From an uncultured virus (IMG/VR IMGVR_UViG_3300044233_005517) (taxonomy: Duplodnaviria; Heunggongvirae; Uroviricota; Caudoviricetes): a stretch of 20,000 bases of DNA. Positions 1 through 8,018 of the stretch are shown here, one piece after another (the first letter of the stretch is position 1; every line of letters begins with the position of its first letter). The stretch lies in the IMG/VR virus record IMGVR_UViG_3300044233_005517. One strand, 5' to 3'. The notes beneath the pieces were generated by a model, which was not told where the DNA came from, made no database searches, and saw nothing but the letters and a program-made list of their open reading frames with translations. The position numbers were made by a program, and so were the translations under genes.

Positions 1-410
1 GATGATTTACTTGACTTTTCTGTTAAAATTTCATTTCCACGATTACCATAATAACCAACAGCGGAAGCAGAAATAAAAACTTTTGGTCGCGTCTTGCATC
101 CGTCCATCAACTTAACAAGTTTTCTGGTCAGGTCAATCCTGCTATTATAAATTTTCTTCTTATTCTTCCTTGTCCATCTTTTGATAATAGGTTCACCAGC
201 AAGATTGATAACCGCATCACATCTTTCTAATGTAGCGATAAGATGATTATCAAATGCTGTTGTTTGTAATAGTTGTGGCTTGGGACCTAAAGCTTTTCTT
301 GCTTTTTCTATATTGCGAACATAGCAAACGACTTCATGTTCATCCGACAAGAGTCTTTTTACTAAATTGCTCCCTATAAACCCTGTTGCCCCTGTTAAAA
401 ATACTTTCAT
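1..410 (-). CDS. TIGR01777/YfcH-like NAD(P)-dependent epimerase/oxidoreductase, 5' part (runs off window)
   Basis: Manual translation from ATG at 410 (SD GAGGA): MKVFLTGATGFIGSNLV...DAVINLAGEPI..RWT...SRIDLT...FISASAVGYYG. Rossmann GxxGxxG plus motifs typical of this family. Not in the ORF track because it is truncated. Confidence 0.9.
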   Translation of the reverse strand, partial: MKVFLTGATGFIGSNLVKRLLSDEHEVVCYVRNIEKARKALGPKPQLLQTTAFDNHLIATLERCDAVINLAGEPIIKRWTRKNKKKIYNSRIDLTRKLVKLMDGCKTRPKVFISASAVGYYGNRGNEILTEKSSKS

Positions 411-426
411 TTTATCCTCGTTTTTA

Positions 427-533
427 ATAGCGAGATTGTTGTTTCTTCGCAACAACAACGCTAGGCTTTCATAAAAAAGGCACTCACTTTAAAGCCATTG
501 GTGAGCTTCGATTAACAAAGTGTATCTCGCTAT
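427..533 (-). ncRNA. Candidate structured RNA / 5' leader (multi-stem, possible pseudoknot)
   Basis: Ends pair perfectly over 10 bp (ATAGCGAGAT/ATCTCGCTAT). Internal hairpins CTCAC/GTGAG and TGTTGTT/AACAACA. Loop GGCTTT is complementary to downstream AAAGCC. Begins just after a TTGACA-18-TATAAT promoter. Confidence 0.55.
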
Positions 534-537
534 GGAT

Positions 538-567
538 ATTATAGATGATATTTTTAGGAATTGTCAA
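538..567 (-). promoter_or_regulatory. sigma70-type promoter
   Basis: TTGACA (567-562), 18 nt, TATAAT (543-538). Confidence 0.75.
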
Positions 568-916
568 TATTATTTTCGTAATATTGCTCTGTCTGATATT
601 TCTTAACCAATTCTATTAGTGTCTTTTCTTGAATTCCCAAAAACCTCGCAGCCTCTCGTTTTGAGCTTGTTGCAGAAAGAGCATATTTTAGAACAGCATC
701 AGAAATAATATATTTAAGAGATTGCCAAACAGGGAAGCCATAGAACTTTCCCTTCATCAAGTCTCTTGTTGCGACCTCTAATTTTAGCCCAACAACCTCT
801 TCCAGTGAAAGATTAGAAAGGTACACTTCCAACTCTTCGTTTGATTTGCCTTCTTCTCTTAATTTTTTTGATAATGAATAACTTTTATTTTTACCGCTAT
901 TCTTTCTCTTCGTCAT
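554..916 (-). CDS. Protein with C-terminal Fis-like helix-turn-helix
   Basis: ALSATSSKREAARFLGIQEKTLIELVKKY resembles the Fis/HTH_8 pattern AL...K..AA..LGI...TL...KKY. Confidence 0.6.
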   Translation of the reverse strand: MTKRKNSGKNKSYSLSKKLREEGKSNEELEVYLSNLSLEEVVGLKLEVATRDLMKGKFYGFPVWQSLKYIISDAVLKYALSATSSKREAARFLGIQEKTLIELVKKYQTEQYYENNIDNS

Positions 917-1172
917 TTGCTAATCCAAGAATACCATATCCGGCAATATCCTTAAACGGAGATTCACCAAAAGCATCTTTTTCATTAGCAATTCTAAAAA
1001 GCTTATCCACAATTCTTGTGATTGCTAACATGTTTTTATATTGGTGTGGTTCTATGCCGTTTGGATATAATACTTTTAGTATTTCTTCTGATTTTTTAAA
1101 AGAGCTGCCGTATGCTTTATTTTTTAAATCGACCAGTTTACCGATTTCTGTTCCAATTTTTTCAAAACTCAT
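897..1172 (-). CDS. DUF1599-like / all-alpha NTP pyrophosphohydrolase-like (nucleotide-modification-associated) protein
   Basis: KNKAYG...RIVDKLFRI...ESPFKDIAGYGIL motif pattern. Likely start ATG 1172 after SD GAGGT, rather than 1283. Confidence 0.6.
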   Translation of the reverse strand: MSFEKIGTEIGKLVDLKNKAYGSSFKKSEEILKVLYPNGIEPHQYKNMLAITRIVDKLFRIANEKDAFGESPFKDIAGYGILGLANDEEKE

Positions 1173-1188
1173 CAAAACCTCTTTAGGG

Positions 1189-2049
1189 TTAAGTGTCAAA
1201 GTCGATGGTGCCTTCTCCTGAATCAAAAACTTCATCGCTAGCTGCTTCAGCATCTGCTTCATCTTTTTCTTTTTCGTACTCATCAGTTGTTGGCTCTACG
1301 ACTTCAGTGCTTAACTCTGCTTCATATTTATCAAAATACATTTTAAGATTTGTGATTAAATAATCACGAAATGTTTTTCGATCTTTATCATCGCTTAATA
1401 TAGCATAAGAGTCAACAATATTTTTCTCTATTTTGTCGTAGGTTTTAGCAGCCATATTTCTGCCAGTCTCTTCTTGACCTTCAAGACCAAATGCCTCTTC
1501 TTCATCTTCAGGAATTTTATCATCAGCATCAATATCAATAAACATATCTTCTGGAGAGGATTCTTCCTCGTCATCATCAATTTTAATATCGATTTCCTCA
1601 AGAGGCACTTCCATTTCTATTTCAGACCCAGCTTCATCATTAACATCTTCTGCTGCAAGAAGTTTAGAAACGGCATCTAATAGATTAGCTCTAAAAGATT
1701 CTCTTTGTTCTGTTGACGTAGTGAGGGTTTTATAATCAGTTTCAATCCCTGGTAGGATTTGCTTAAGTAATTCTTCCAAAAGATTAATAGCGGTGGAGGA
1801 GTGTGGTGCGTTCTCCACCTCTTTTTTTGCTTCCACTATTAAATGTCTAATCAGTTTTCGTAATTCTAAATTTTCATCAACACGACTCGTTTTTTTAATT
1901 GCTCTACGACAGATTTCTCTGACGATTGAACGAAGCTTTGCTTCATTTTTATCATCATCCTTTTCTCCAGTTACAACAACAGCACTACTTGCCATAGAAG
2001 AGATTTCATTTTGAATCATGTCCATTAAAAAATTTTTAGAATCACTCAT
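1189..2049 (-). CDS. Acidic hypothetical protein (possible head/internal or scaffold-like protein)
   Basis: 286-aa ORF, very D/E-rich, with two E-x(1-2)-LR-x-(I/L)(I/V)R amphipathic motifs. Confidence 0.75.
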   Translation of the reverse strand: MSDSKNFLMDMIQNEISSMASSAVVVTGEKDDDKNEAKLRSIVREICRRAIKKTSRVDENLELRKLIRHLIVEAKKEVENAPHSSTAINLLEELLKQILPGIETDYKTLTTSTEQRESFRANLLDAVSKLLAAEDVNDEAGSEIEMEVPLEEIDIKIDDDEEESSPEDMFIDIDADDKIPEDEEEAFGLEGQEETGRNMAAKTYDKIEKNIVDSYAILSDDKDRKTFRDYLITNLKMYFDKYEAELSTEVVEPTTDEYEKEKDEADAEAASDEVFDSGEGTIDFDT

Positions 2050-2296
2050 TTTTATTTTCCTGCAAGAAATTTACTTCTTCTTCTAGTTTTTTTATTTGTT
2101 CATCCATGCGCCTTGTTATTCTGCGAAGTTCAGTTAACTGATGTTTCATTAAATCAATTCTTCTTCTATCTGCGACAGTTTTTGGACGCAATGAATTTAA
2201 ATTATCTTGAAGAGATTGAATCCACACTTGAAATGGTGGAGCTTTCCCTTCATTAATGAGAAAGTTTTTTGTTATTTTATTTAACAAATCTTTCAT
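2042..2296 (-). CDS. Hypothetical coiled-coil protein
   Basis: 84-aa ORF overlapping the start of the next gene; heptad-like C-terminus. Confidence 0.7.
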   Translation of the reverse strand: MKDLLNKITKNFLINEGKAPPFQVWIQSLQDNLNSLRPKTVADRRRIDLMKHQLTELRRITRRMDEQIKKLEEEVNFLQENKNE

Positions 2297-2299
2297 AAT

Positions 2300-2509
2300 T
2301 TATTCTTCTGTTGTTGTTTTTCTCGCCCAGCTTCTTCTGGTTCTTTTAGGTTTTTCTTCAACCTCTGACTCTTCAGCTGCTACAGCAACAGGTGCAGGAG
2401 CAGGTTCTGGTGTCGCTTCGACAACTGGTTTTGCTTCTACTTTTGGAGCCTCTTCTTTTTTCGCTGCTTCCATAGCAGCCAATTTCCTCATTCTTCTTTT
2501 CCGTGCCAT
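2300..2509 (-). CDS. Low-complexity protein with basic termini and an A/P/E-rich linker
   Basis: 69 aa, SD GAGGT upstream, fills the gap between neighbours. Confidence 0.65.
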   Translation of the reverse strand: MARKRRMRKLAAMEAAKKEEAPKVEAKPVVEATPEPAPAPVAVAAEESEVEEKPKRTRRSWARKTTTEE

Positions 2510-2521
2510 TGTATTATACCT

Positions 2522-3358
2522 CTATTTGCACCATTTTTCAACAAGTTTAGCGTATGTTTGTTGTCTTGCATTTTCACGAATATCGCGACCTTTTGGAAGG
2601 AAAGACTCATTAAGATTTTCTTCGGAAACCTCTTCTTGGATCTCTTCAGATTCTTCAAGCTCTTCTGCTTTTTGTTCTTCGATGTTTTCTTCGACTTCTT
2701 CTTCAAGTGAAACTGCAACCCCATCTCCTGCTTCAGCACCAACAGATTCTGCGGCATTATCAGACATCATTTTATCTGTTGTAGTTTCTTCGTTGATGTC
2801 CTCATCGAACATTTCTTGGATCACCCCACGAATAATATCGCGCAATTGTGACTCGTTTAATTTTTTAGACATTTTATTATCTCCTAGATTTTCATTATAA
2901 CCCATTTGTATTGTAGCAAATGGAGCACCACTAAATAAAGGCACAATACCCTTACTTTTCATTTCATCTTCCCAGTCACGAAAAATCATATTTCCACATT
3001 CATATGCTTCACGTTCCATTTCACGAAGGTGAGCATCTGCTTGAGCATATCCCTCATTTGTGTTTGAAATATTATTAAATTCACCCCGACAGTTTTGGGC
3101 ATGATGAACCAACTCGTGAGAAAAAGATCTCATCAAGTCTTTTGGATGGCGACCAACAAAATAAAGATTAACTTCCCTTGTTTCAGGGTTGTATGAGGCA
3201 GTTTTTCCTAAAGCATTTAAAGAATTTTGATCACTCTTCACAAAGTTGACCTTCACATCTTCATTGAACTTAAGTTGTTTTTTTGAAGTATTATAAAGGT
3301 TTTCCAACAACTCAAGGAATAAACTAAAATCTTTATTATTTGATTTTGGACCATTCAT
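2522..3358 (-). CDS. HExxH zincin-like metallopeptidase domain fused to an acidic domain
   Basis: DLMRSFSHELVHHAQ...EMEREAY. In-frame internal start at 2872 with SD AGGAG. Start ATG 3358 (or TTG 3364). Confidence 0.7.
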   Translation of the reverse strand: MNGPKSNNKDFSLFLELLENLYNTSKKQLKFNEDVKVNFVKSDQNSLNALGKTASYNPETREVNLYFVGRHPKDLMRSFSHELVHHAQNCRGEFNNISNTNEGYAQADAHLREMEREAYECGNMIFRDWEDEMKSKGIVPLFSGAPFATIQMGYNENLGDNKMSKKLNESQLRDIIRGVIQEMFDEDINEETTTDKMMSDNAAESVGAEAGDGVAVSLEEEVEENIEEQKAEELEESEEIQEEVSEENLNESFLPKGRDIRENARQQTYAKLVEKWCK

Positions 3359-3391
3359 TAACAATAAATAGTCTCCTGGGACATTAAATGA

Positions 3392-3589
3392 TTATAACTT
3401 AATGATTATCATATGTTCCTCTTCCGTTTCTTGGGATTGCGGTTCTCCATATGATGAACTTTGGGATGGATAGTATAAGGGCAATTCTAAACGAGGTCTT
3501 TTTCTTTCTTCTTCTTCACGTTGACGTTTTTCTTCCTCAATGATTATTTCAATCGGAATATTTTCCCAAGGTTTTTTTTCATCGCCCAT
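3392..3589 (-). CDS. Hypothetical protein
   Basis: ORF track 3392..3625. ATG 3589 avoids overlap and follows a TAGTTA motif. Confidence 0.6.
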   Translation of the reverse strand: MGDEKKPWENIPIEIIIEEEKRQREEEERKRPRLELPLYYPSQSSSYGEPQSQETEEEHMIIIKL

Positions 3590-3599
3590 AATGTAACTA

Positions 3600-3872
3600 C
3601 TATTTCCTATTTCCTTTCGACTCAAGTTTTAACAAACCTAAATTTATTTCTTTTATTTCGCCATACGATGTTATAACTCTGGCTGTGTAAAAAACCCTAT
3701 CATTAAAAAAAGTGCGGAGACTTACTTTTTCTATAATGGCGTATGTCTTCTCGCCAGTACCTAATTTTGTCCAGGATACAAGATCTCCCTCTTTAAATCT
3801 TTTTTTTAATGAATATCCAATACCTTCATTATGGTTTTGCTGCCCACTCAATGTATGAGTAAATACACTCAT
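3600..3872 (-). CDS. GDLV-motif SH3/KOW-like small protein (isolated copy)
   Basis: FKEGDLVSW followed by alternating beta-strand pattern; start uncertain. Confidence 0.6.
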   Translation of the reverse strand: MSVFTHTLSGQQNHNEGIGYSLKKRFKEGDLVSWTKLGTGEKTYAIIEKVSLRTFFNDRVFYTARVITSYGEIKEINLGLLKLESKGNRK

Positions 3873-4299
3873 TGGTTAACTTACGAAAGTTTTTATCGTC
3901 AATATATAAATTTAATCTTTCGGCAAGTTTTCTACCACGCGCCCAAGCTTCTATTTCTTCAGTTAAAGTTTCAACACGATAATCTTTTGATTTTTCAATT
4001 CTTTTATTAGATGCAAATTCATTCATCTTTGATTGGGCAGGAAACTTTTCTTCATATTTAGAGCTGTTTTGATGGATTAAGAGATGACCGCATTCGTGGA
4101 GAAGAGAATATAATCTTTTTTCTATACTTTGCCTTTTAGAAATTGTGATATATTTTCCATGGAAAAAAATCTCATCGCGCACACAATAATCTTCATCAAC
4201 AGACCACCCTTTATTATCTAACCATACGCACAACAGTGCGAAACCATCAGTGAACATTTTTTGTTTAATTTTTTGCGTTTTTGTAAGTTTTTTTGCCAT
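3829..4299 (-). CDS. HExxH zincin-like metallopeptidase
   Basis: LYSLLHECGHLL with downstream EEIEAW; SD GGAGG; own promoter. Confidence 0.7.
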   Translation of the reverse strand: MAKKLTKTQKIKQKMFTDGFALLCVWLDNKGWSVDEDYCVRDEIFFHGKYITISKRQSIEKRLYSLLHECGHLLIHQNSSKYEEKFPAQSKMNEFASNKRIEKSKDYRVETLTEEIEAWARGRKLAERLNLYIDDKNFRKLTNECIYSYIEWAAKP

Positions 4300-4324
4300 A
4301 GTATACCTCCAACTTGGTAAAGAT

Positions 4325-4353
4325 ATTATAGCAAAATCAGGGGGTTATGTCAA
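4325..4353 (-). promoter_or_regulatory. sigma70-type promoter with extended -10
   Basis: TTGACA-17-TATAAT, TGn before the -10. Confidence 0.85.
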
Positions 4354-4383
4354 GAGGGAAAAAAGTGTAGTTATTTTAAGGGG

Positions 4384-5367
4384 TTATGAACTTTGTGTTA
4401 ATGCTGTCAATGCGTTAGCACCATTTCCGCTATTGTAAAGTGCATTAACTTGTCCTGTTGATAGAGCGGTACTCCAAATTGATATTTCGTCGAAATTCAT
4501 CGTTGCTTGTTTGGTTCCATTAAAGTTATTACCAAAATAAACATTTTCATCATCTAAAAATTGTTTTTGGAAATATCTGCCAGGTTGAGAATCGTCTGCA
4601 TAGCCAAAATCAGTGTTATTTATAAACATTTTGAATCTTCTGTTTGTCGCATCCGTGTCTCCATCCACAACAAATACAAAATGATTCCACCCCTCATAAT
4701 TTGACGAATCGTCATTTCCCCAAAATGTAAGTCCTGCGTGTGGGGTTGATGGGTCACGAGAATATACCAGCGGTTGACCTCGGTAAGTACCAAAATAAAA
4801 TCCGTAAGTAGCTCCACTGTCTAAATTTCCAAAAATTCTATAATTATTTAACTTATAAGATTCTCCTTCTACCATCGAAAAATACATCCACGCTGATACA
4901 GAAAAAGAACCAGAAAACAAAGTTCCCCAATTCGCCCTTTCCTGTATTGTCCCAAGATTGACACTTCTTGCACTATACTCGGCTGGAAATTGGAAAGAAT
5001 AACTACCAGAAAATACTGGATCTGTATCAAAGCCAAAATTCGTTTCGCTGGTAAAAGATCCTGTATAATTGTTTGTGCCCAATACATTTGTCACATATTG
5101 TGAACCAGATGTTTCAAAATCATAATAAGCGAAAGGTGTGATGTATGATGGCGGGGTTGGACCTGGCGATCCAGAAATCTCTTCTCTTGGAAAAATACTT
5201 GATGGGTTGCCCAATGTAGAAACATATGGAGCACCAGTTAATCTAATTGTGCGAGCATTTGGAACACCAAGAGAGAATGGTGCTTGAATTTGATTATCAC
5301 TTAAATCTGTATAATCTTTTGACCCCGAAGAAAGGGTGGTGATTATATAATCGTTGGTATTTGACAC
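4384..5367 (-). CDS. LamG / concanavalin A-like lectin domain protein (likely virion-associated)
   Basis: AYYDFE...FSVSAW...WNHFVFV...FINN...FDEISIWSTALSTGQVNALYN, typical LamG-like signature. Confidence 0.85.
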   Translation of the reverse strand: MSNTNDYIITTLSSGSKDYTDLSDNQIQAPFSLGVPNARTIRLTGAPYVSTLGNPSSIFPREEISGSPGPTPPSYITPFAYYDFETSGSQYVTNVLGTNNYTGSFTSETNFGFDTDPVFSGSYSFQFPAEYSARSVNLGTIQERANWGTLFSGSFSVSAWMYFSMVEGESYKLNNYRIFGNLDSGATYGFYFGTYRGQPLVYSRDPSTPHAGLTFWGNDDSSNYEGWNHFVFVVDGDTDATNRRFKMFINNTDFGYADDSQPGRYFQKQFLDDENVYFGNNFNGTKQATMNFDEISIWSTALSTGQVNALYNSGNGANALTALTQSS

Positions 5368-5384
5368 TAAAATAATTAGTATCT

Positions 5385-5678
5385 TTAATCTTTTACATTC
5401 CTAAAAGCACAATGAATACCACGGAATGCTTTACGATCAATCTTTAGCTGAATTCCAGAGTCAAGAAAACTATAATCTAAAATAGCATCACCACATCGGT
5501 CAATGATTTTTGTTGCATCGGCTTTGTTGCTATAGACCCAAACAAAACCATCTTTTTTATCAGCATTACAATCGACAATGTGTGATTCTGATTCTGGTCC
5601 ACCACCTTTACCTTTGAAGTGATCTCTGATTTCTTTTAATGTTGGTTTCTCTTTTAATAGTTGTCCTTTGATAGTCAT
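5385..5678 (-). CDS. Hypothetical protein
   Basis: 97-aa ORF, SD GGAGG, start 1 nt after the exonuclease stop. Confidence 0.75.
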   Translation of the reverse strand: MTIKGQLLKEKPTLKEIRDHFKGKGGGPESESHIVDCNADKKDGFVWVYSNKADATKIIDRCGDAILDYSFLDSGIQLKIDRKAFRGIHCAFRNVKD

Positions 5679-5679
5679 T

Positions 5680-6270
5680 TTATTTTCCTCCGTTTAAGTA
5701 AATGTTAAAAAGTGTTTCCATTGATTTAGCAGTTGCTAAAGCATCATAATAAGAACGATGACGTTCGTTATCTTTGATTTGGTTATTGGTTGATTCAAAA
5801 AGAACATCAGCAGATGCCCTATAGCCTTTAATGTGATCTACAATCATTAAAAATTCTAAAATAGATGCACTATCAATTGTGCGACTGTAAAAATCTCGAT
5901 GAATAGTCTTGTCTGCTAACCGATAAAGTCTTTGCAAGAAACTATAGTCAAAATTTGCATTATGAGCAAGAATTTTAACGGGTTTTCTGTCAATACCCAA
6001 TACATCATCCAAACGATTTCTGATGTATTTTATTGCTTCTTTTGGAGTTCTTCCGTGCTTGTGGACCTTATTTAGATCAATCTGATTAACTTCCATCGCT
6101 CGTGGAACAGTGGCTATCTTTTCTTCTTTGATATAACAATCAAATACAGGTTGAATAACTTCGCCTGGTTTCCAAAGGATCCCACTAATCTCTAAAAGAG
6201 AATGCTCTTTAGGATCAAGACCGCCCGTTTCAACATCTAAAACAATATATTGTTGCTTATCTCTAAACAT
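5680..6270 (-). CDS. DEDDh 3'-5' exonuclease (DnaQ-like)
   Basis: ExoI LDVETGG, ExoII HNANFD, ExoIII HRSYYDA. Confidence 0.9.
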   Translation of the reverse strand: MFRDKQQYIVLDVETGGLDPKEHSLLEISGILWKPGEVIQPVFDCYIKEEKIATVPRAMEVNQIDLNKVHKHGRTPKEAIKYIRNRLDDVLGIDRKPVKILAHNANFDYSFLQRLYRLADKTIHRDFYSRTIDSASILEFLMIVDHIKGYRASADVLFESTNNQIKDNERHRSYYDALATAKSMETLFNIYLNGGK

Positions 6271-6276
6271 GTGATT

Positions 6277-6305
6277 ATTATACGAAAACTATTGAAAATA
6301 GTCAA
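6277..6305 (-). promoter_or_regulatory. sigma70-type promoter, leaderless
   Basis: TTGACT-17-TATAAT, 6 nt before ATG 6270. Confidence 0.75.
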
Positions 6306-6314
6306 GAAAAAAGG

Positions 6315-6815
6315 TTAATAGTTTAAAAAATCTAACCAAGCTTCGGGGGTTTCCCCGTGAATGTATTTGAATAAACTAACTTTTGGTTGAATGGGAGTGT
6401 TTTTCAATGTTAGTCCGGCATCTTTGGGTGATTTATCACCCTTATGTGTGTTGCATTTAGCACAACAAGCTACCAAGTTTTCCCAAGAGCTTTTGCCGCC
6501 TTTTGACTTTGGAACAACATGATCCACCGTAAACCTTTTTCGATTTAATTTTTTGCTACAATATTGACACTCTGAATTGTCTCGGAGTAAAATATTTGTT
6601 CTTGTTAATTTAACGCCAAAGGGGAATCTAAAGATAAAATCAACTAATCTTACGACTGCTGGAACTTTAAATCTTTTATTGGGGGAGTTAATCCATTTAT
6701 CTTCATATTCTTTAATGATTTCTATTTTTTCCTGGAAATACATAATCATTGCTTTTTTCCAAGATACTTGTTTTATCGGTCTGTATGCAGCGTCTAATAC
6801 TAAAACAGGTGACAT
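6315..6815 (-). CDS. HNH endonuclease (McrA/HNH_5-like)
   Basis: VLVLDAAYRP N-terminus; RDNSECQYC...TVDHVVPKSKGG..SWENLVACCAKCNTHKG. Start ATG 6815; the ORF-track start lies inside the tRNA. Confidence 0.92.
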   Translation of the reverse strand: MSPVLVLDAAYRPIKQVSWKKAMIMYFQEKIEIIKEYEDKWINSPNKRFKVPAVVRLVDFIFRFPFGVKLTRTNILLRDNSECQYCSKKLNRKRFTVDHVVPKSKGGKSSWENLVACCAKCNTHKGDKSPKDAGLTLKNTPIQPKVSLFKYIHGETPEAWLDFLNY

Positions 6816-6836
6816 ATCAATTCTAAATAGTGTTAA

Positions 6837-6909
6837 CACTCCCGGCAGGACTCGAACCTGCAACCTTGAGATTAGAAGTCTCCTGCTCTTCCAATTGAGC
6901 TACGGAAGT
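6837..6909 (-). tRNA. tRNA-Arg (anticodon TCT)
   Basis: ACTTCCG/CGGGAGT acceptor stem, D-arm GCTC..GAGC, anticodon loop CT-TCT-AA, T-arm GTTCGAGTC; no encoded CCA. Confidence 0.95.
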
Positions 6910-6910
6910 A

Positions 6911-6937
6911 AAAGCGGGGGAGTAAACATTATCCCCC
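6911..6937 (-). terminator. Possible intrinsic terminator / processing hairpin
   Basis: GGGGGA-N10-TCCCCC followed by GCTTTT, between the DUF2490-like gene and tRNA-Arg. Confidence 0.45.
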
Positions 6938-6965
6938 TTAATATTTTATTTGTTTTATTTAATTT

Positions 6966-7589
6966 TTAAAGGCTCAATGTTGCGCCAAGACCAACAACGT
7001 GGCTATTTGCCGCATCTGTATCTAGACCTGTCGTCCAAAGCATATAAAACGCATTAACGCCCATTACTTTGTTCAGATCATAACCAACACCAAGCGTTGC
7101 TCGGTTTTCTTCTACACCGTCAACAGTAACATAAAGTTCATCTGAAACCGAAAGATTTAGTCCAGCAACCTTTGTACCAGCAACAAGTGCGGTTCTGCCA
7201 CGAAATGAATTGTCTCCATCAAAAGAGCGCATTTCAAGGCGTGTAACAGAGTCAAGTGTTAGCTTGTCGGACAAAATTCTCAAATCTGCTCCAACATAAG
7301 GACGTTGCTCGTCATCACTTGTGTTACGATAACCAAGAGTTACAGTCATGCGATTTGCAACCGCACCCAACGTAACGCTCAAGTCAGTGTGTTGTCGAAG
7401 AAGGTCAGCTTCGTCATTAAGGCGAAACTGTTCTTCAAGGTTTAAAGTGATTCCTGGTGTAACTTCTGCTGAAGCTCCAAGAGTAGCCCATACTTGGGCA
7501 TCGTCAGCCGCTGCTGCTGTATCAGCAATCATTGCCAAAGCAATCGCGGTCAGACCGATTCCAAGAATTTTTTTTGTTTTATTAGTCAT
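6966..7589 (-). CDS. DUF2490-like outer-membrane beta-barrel protein
   Basis: Signal peptide (KKILGIGLTAIALAMIADTAAA), then DDAQVW, EEQFR, EQRPY, RLEMR, RGR, DELY, ENR, GVGY, YM and an alternating terminal strand. SD AGGAG before ATG 7589. Confidence 0.8.
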   Translation of the reverse strand: MTNKTKKILGIGLTAIALAMIADTAAAADDAQVWATLGASAEVTPGITLNLEEQFRLNDEADLLRQHTDLSVTLGAVANRMTVTLGYRNTSDDEQRPYVGADLRILSDKLTLDSVTRLEMRSFDGDNSFRGRTALVAGTKVAGLNLSVSDELYVTVDGVEENRATLGVGYDLNKVMGVNAFYMLWTTGLDTDAANSHVVGLGATLSL

Positions 7590-7621
7590 AATACTAACTC
7601 CTTTTGTTCCCAAATAGGGAA

Positions 7622-7694
7622 AGCCACAGATAGGACTTGAACCTACAACCTATGGTTTACAAAACCATTGCTCTACCAGTTGAGCTACTGTGGC
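7622..7694 (-). tRNA. tRNA-Thr (anticodon TGT)
   Basis: GCCACAG/CTGTGGC acceptor stem, ATGGT-TT-TGT-AA-ACCAT anticodon arm, GTTCAAGTC T-arm; no encoded CCA. Confidence 0.96.
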
Positions 7695-7776
7695 ATAATG
7701 TGTGATTAATAGTTTTTTCTAACGAACGTTTTACAAACTAGGACAATCATAATTAGATAAAACAATGCAATAACTT

Positions 7777-7992
7777 TCATAATTTTACAATTTCCTTACA
7801 ATGTTCTTTCCTACAAGGTTTGTTGCAAGTAGAAAAACATTTACCAAACTCATATTTCTTTTTTATCGTTTTTGAACAAATGTCTGAACAGACACTCGCA
7901 CATTCATAAAATTCTTTTTTGCATATAGTATTTTTTTCTGAATCGCATTTTGAGAACGACAATAATATAATTGATGCAAGAATAATTTTCAT
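7777..7992 (-). CDS. Small exported Cys-rich protein (possible lipoprotein)
   Basis: Hydrophobic N-terminus ending in FSKC; 8 further Cys including two Cx3Cx3C sets. Confidence 0.65.
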   Translation of the reverse strand: MKIILASIILLSFSKCDSEKNTICKKEFYECASVCSDICSKTIKKKYEFGKCFSTCNKPCRKEHCKEIVKL

Positions 7993-8018
7993 AATATTAC
8001 CATATTAACGTAGATTGT

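Noticed and set aside
427..533. Pistol or glmS ribozyme assignment
   Set aside because: Superficial pseudoknot and GCGUUG similarity to pistol, but no P2 or GU cleavage junction; no glmS core. Left unassigned.
6816..6863. N-terminal extension of the HNH ORF
   Set aside because: Runs into tRNA-Arg; the family-typical N-terminus begins at 6815
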